Shown piece after piece: positions 34,405 to 35,196 of a stretch of DNA of 35,196 bases. The notes under the pieces are model-generated. The model saw only the letters and a list, made by a program, of their open reading frames with translations, was not told the origin of the DNA and ran no database searches. Both the position numbers and the translations under genes were made by a program. Numbering within the stretch: the stretch's first letter is position 1; every line of letters starts with the position of its first letter. Source of the stretch: an uncultured Methylocystis sp. (lineage in GTDB: Bacteria > Pseudomonadota > Alphaproteobacteria > Rhizobiales > Beijerinckiaceae); the NCBI GenBank assembly GCA_964628955.1, contig CAZVMY010000002.1, positions 1 to 35,196 on the forward strand, in the 5' to 3' direction.

Positions 34405-35196
34405 GTCCGCACCCCCTCATGGTACGTCGCCGGATCGATGCCGTAGGTCCAGGCGACGGCTTCGTGCGGCGTCCGAACATCGGGCGGTACCAGCAGGTGA
34501 TAGGCCTTACGACTGCCGTCCGGTTCGAGCGTTCCGTTCAGCACCTCGCAGATCGCCATCGGCTCCGACGCGCCATAGCTGACGTGCCACAGCCGCCGAG
34601 GCTGGCCATGTTCGATATCCTCCGCGATAAGCGTCCTGCGCCTGCCCATCTCGCTCAGGACGCGGTCTCGGCCAAATATCTCCATCAGGCAGCGCCGCAG
34701 TTCCTGATTTTTCTCGGCGAATATCAGTTTCGGCGTGATGCGCGCCGGCTCCTCGATGAACCAGGCGGGCACGCGGATGCCGTGCCAGGCGTAAACCGCG
34801 AACCCGTCACGGTAGCGCAGCGCAGGTCCGGTTGCAGAATGCAGCCGTCGCCTGTCGTCCCTGTTCAAGGTGTCGGGTCGGTCGGTCAGAATGCAGGCGC
34901 CGCGGAATGGGAAGTACCAGCCCGCCGTAGCGCACAGATCGATCAGCGGCGTCAGTTTTCGCGCAGCCTCCAATCCGCATGCATCGCGCCAGAATGCATA
35001 GAACGACAGCCAGCCCGCGTCGTACTGCCCATACCCGCACTGGCGGACGGCTTCCCCGACCTGAACCCTGACCTGATCCCTGACCTGATCCCTGACCTGA
35101 TCCCAGACCTGATCCCAGACCTGATCCCTGACCTGATCCCAGACCTGATCCCTGACCTGATCCCAGACCTGATCCCCGACCTGATCCCTGACCTGA
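34401..35196 (-). CDS. C-terminal part of the junction-spanning repeat protein: the repeat array plus a conserved C-terminal domain. It looks like the DUF6745 family; the family number is from memory.
   Basis: The frame is open from the right edge to the stop at 34401. Translation: (R/W/G)DQV repeats, then GEAVRQCGYGQYDAGWLSFYAFWRDACGL...AGWYFPFRGACILTDRPDTLNRDDRRRLHSATGPALRYRDGFAVYAWHGIRVP. The track ORF 34401..34973 is only its TTG-truncated tail. Confidence 0.8.
   Translation of the reverse strand, partial: QVRDQVGDQVWDQVRDQVWDQVRDQVWDQVWDQVRDQVRDQVRVQVGEAVRQCGYGQYDAGWLSFYAFWRDACGLEAARKLTPLIDLCATAGWYFPFRGACILTDRPDTLNRDDRRRLHSATGPALRYRDGFAVYAWHGIRVPAWFIEEPARITPKLIFAEKNQELRRCLMEIFGRDRVLSEMGRRRTLIAEDIEHGQPRRLWHVSYGASEPMAICEVLNGTLEPDGSRKAYHLLVPPDVRTPHEAVAWTYGIDPATYHEGVRT
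35058..35196. repeat. 12-bp tandem repeat GACCTGATCCCN, about 11.6 units. This is the right part of the same array, and its last 54 nt duplicate 1..54.
   Basis: Direct reading from 35058. The non-redundant array is 147 nt, or 12 units. The ten internal units differ only at the 12th base (T/A/C). Confidence 0.95.

Larger units (their letters stand above)
1..35196. mobile_element. Complete temperate phage genome in circular (non-integrated) form. It combines a T7/BPP-1-like structural gene order with an integrase/attP, a CI/Cro switch and a primase-helicase replication module.
   Basis: 1..54 is identical to 35143..35196. A single reading frame is continuous across the junction. The window holds a full set of packaging, head, tail, lysis, lysogeny and replication genes. 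Only one copy of the tRNA-derived att core was seen. Confidence 0.85.

Noticed and set aside
35058-35196. CRISPR-array interpretation of the terminal 12-bp repeats, and of the GGTTACA array at 29236..29497.
   Set aside because: The 12-bp units are contiguous with no spacers and lie in frame inside a CDS. The heptamer array is an inverted, nested palindrome rather than direct repeats separated by unique spacers. No cas genes are present.

Overview
The window is a complete, closed phage genome. Its first 54 nt (1..54) are identical to its last 54 nt (35143..35196), so the non-redundant circle is about 35,142 bp. It is very GC-rich (by eye), consistent with a high-GC proteobacterial host; no host assignment is possible from the sequence. 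Gene content indicates a temperate podovirus-like phage.

Plus strand, 972..4378: a lysogeny and integration module. It holds a CI-like HTH/S24-like repressor, a co-transcribed small membrane protein, an AlpA/Xis-like HTH protein, two small ORFs, a tyrosine integrase and one further small ORF. It is followed by an attP-like 3' fragment of a tRNA-Lys(UUU) gene.

Minus strand: essentially everything else, as one tightly packed, translationally coupled gene train that starts at a Cro-like gene (933) and runs across the circular junction.
- Early genes, including a junction-spanning protein with twelve 12-bp in-frame tandem repeats.
- A replication module: HTH protein, Toprim primase, SF3/DUF927-like helicase.
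- A 463-bp non-coding region containing a 262-bp nested palindrome built from 12 GGTTACA/TGTAACC heptamers.
- terS and terL, portal, scaffold, capsid, tail tubular A and B.
- Four large internal or ejection-type proteins.
- A beta-helix tailspike and an SGNH esterase.
- A lysis cassette: GH19-like endolysin with C-terminal TM helices, overlapped spanins, and a tail-anchored membrane protein.

The most unusual item is the 1101-aa internal-virion-type protein (12391..15696). It carries a RelA/SpoT-like (alarmone synthetase / toxSAS-like) nucleotidyltransferase motif set followed by a ParB/Srx-like domain, within a visibly lower-GC patch. This suggests a virion-packaged, injected effector.

All functional calls rest on motif recognition by eye. 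No database search was run. The many long ORFs antisense to these genes are treated as GC-driven shadow ORFs.
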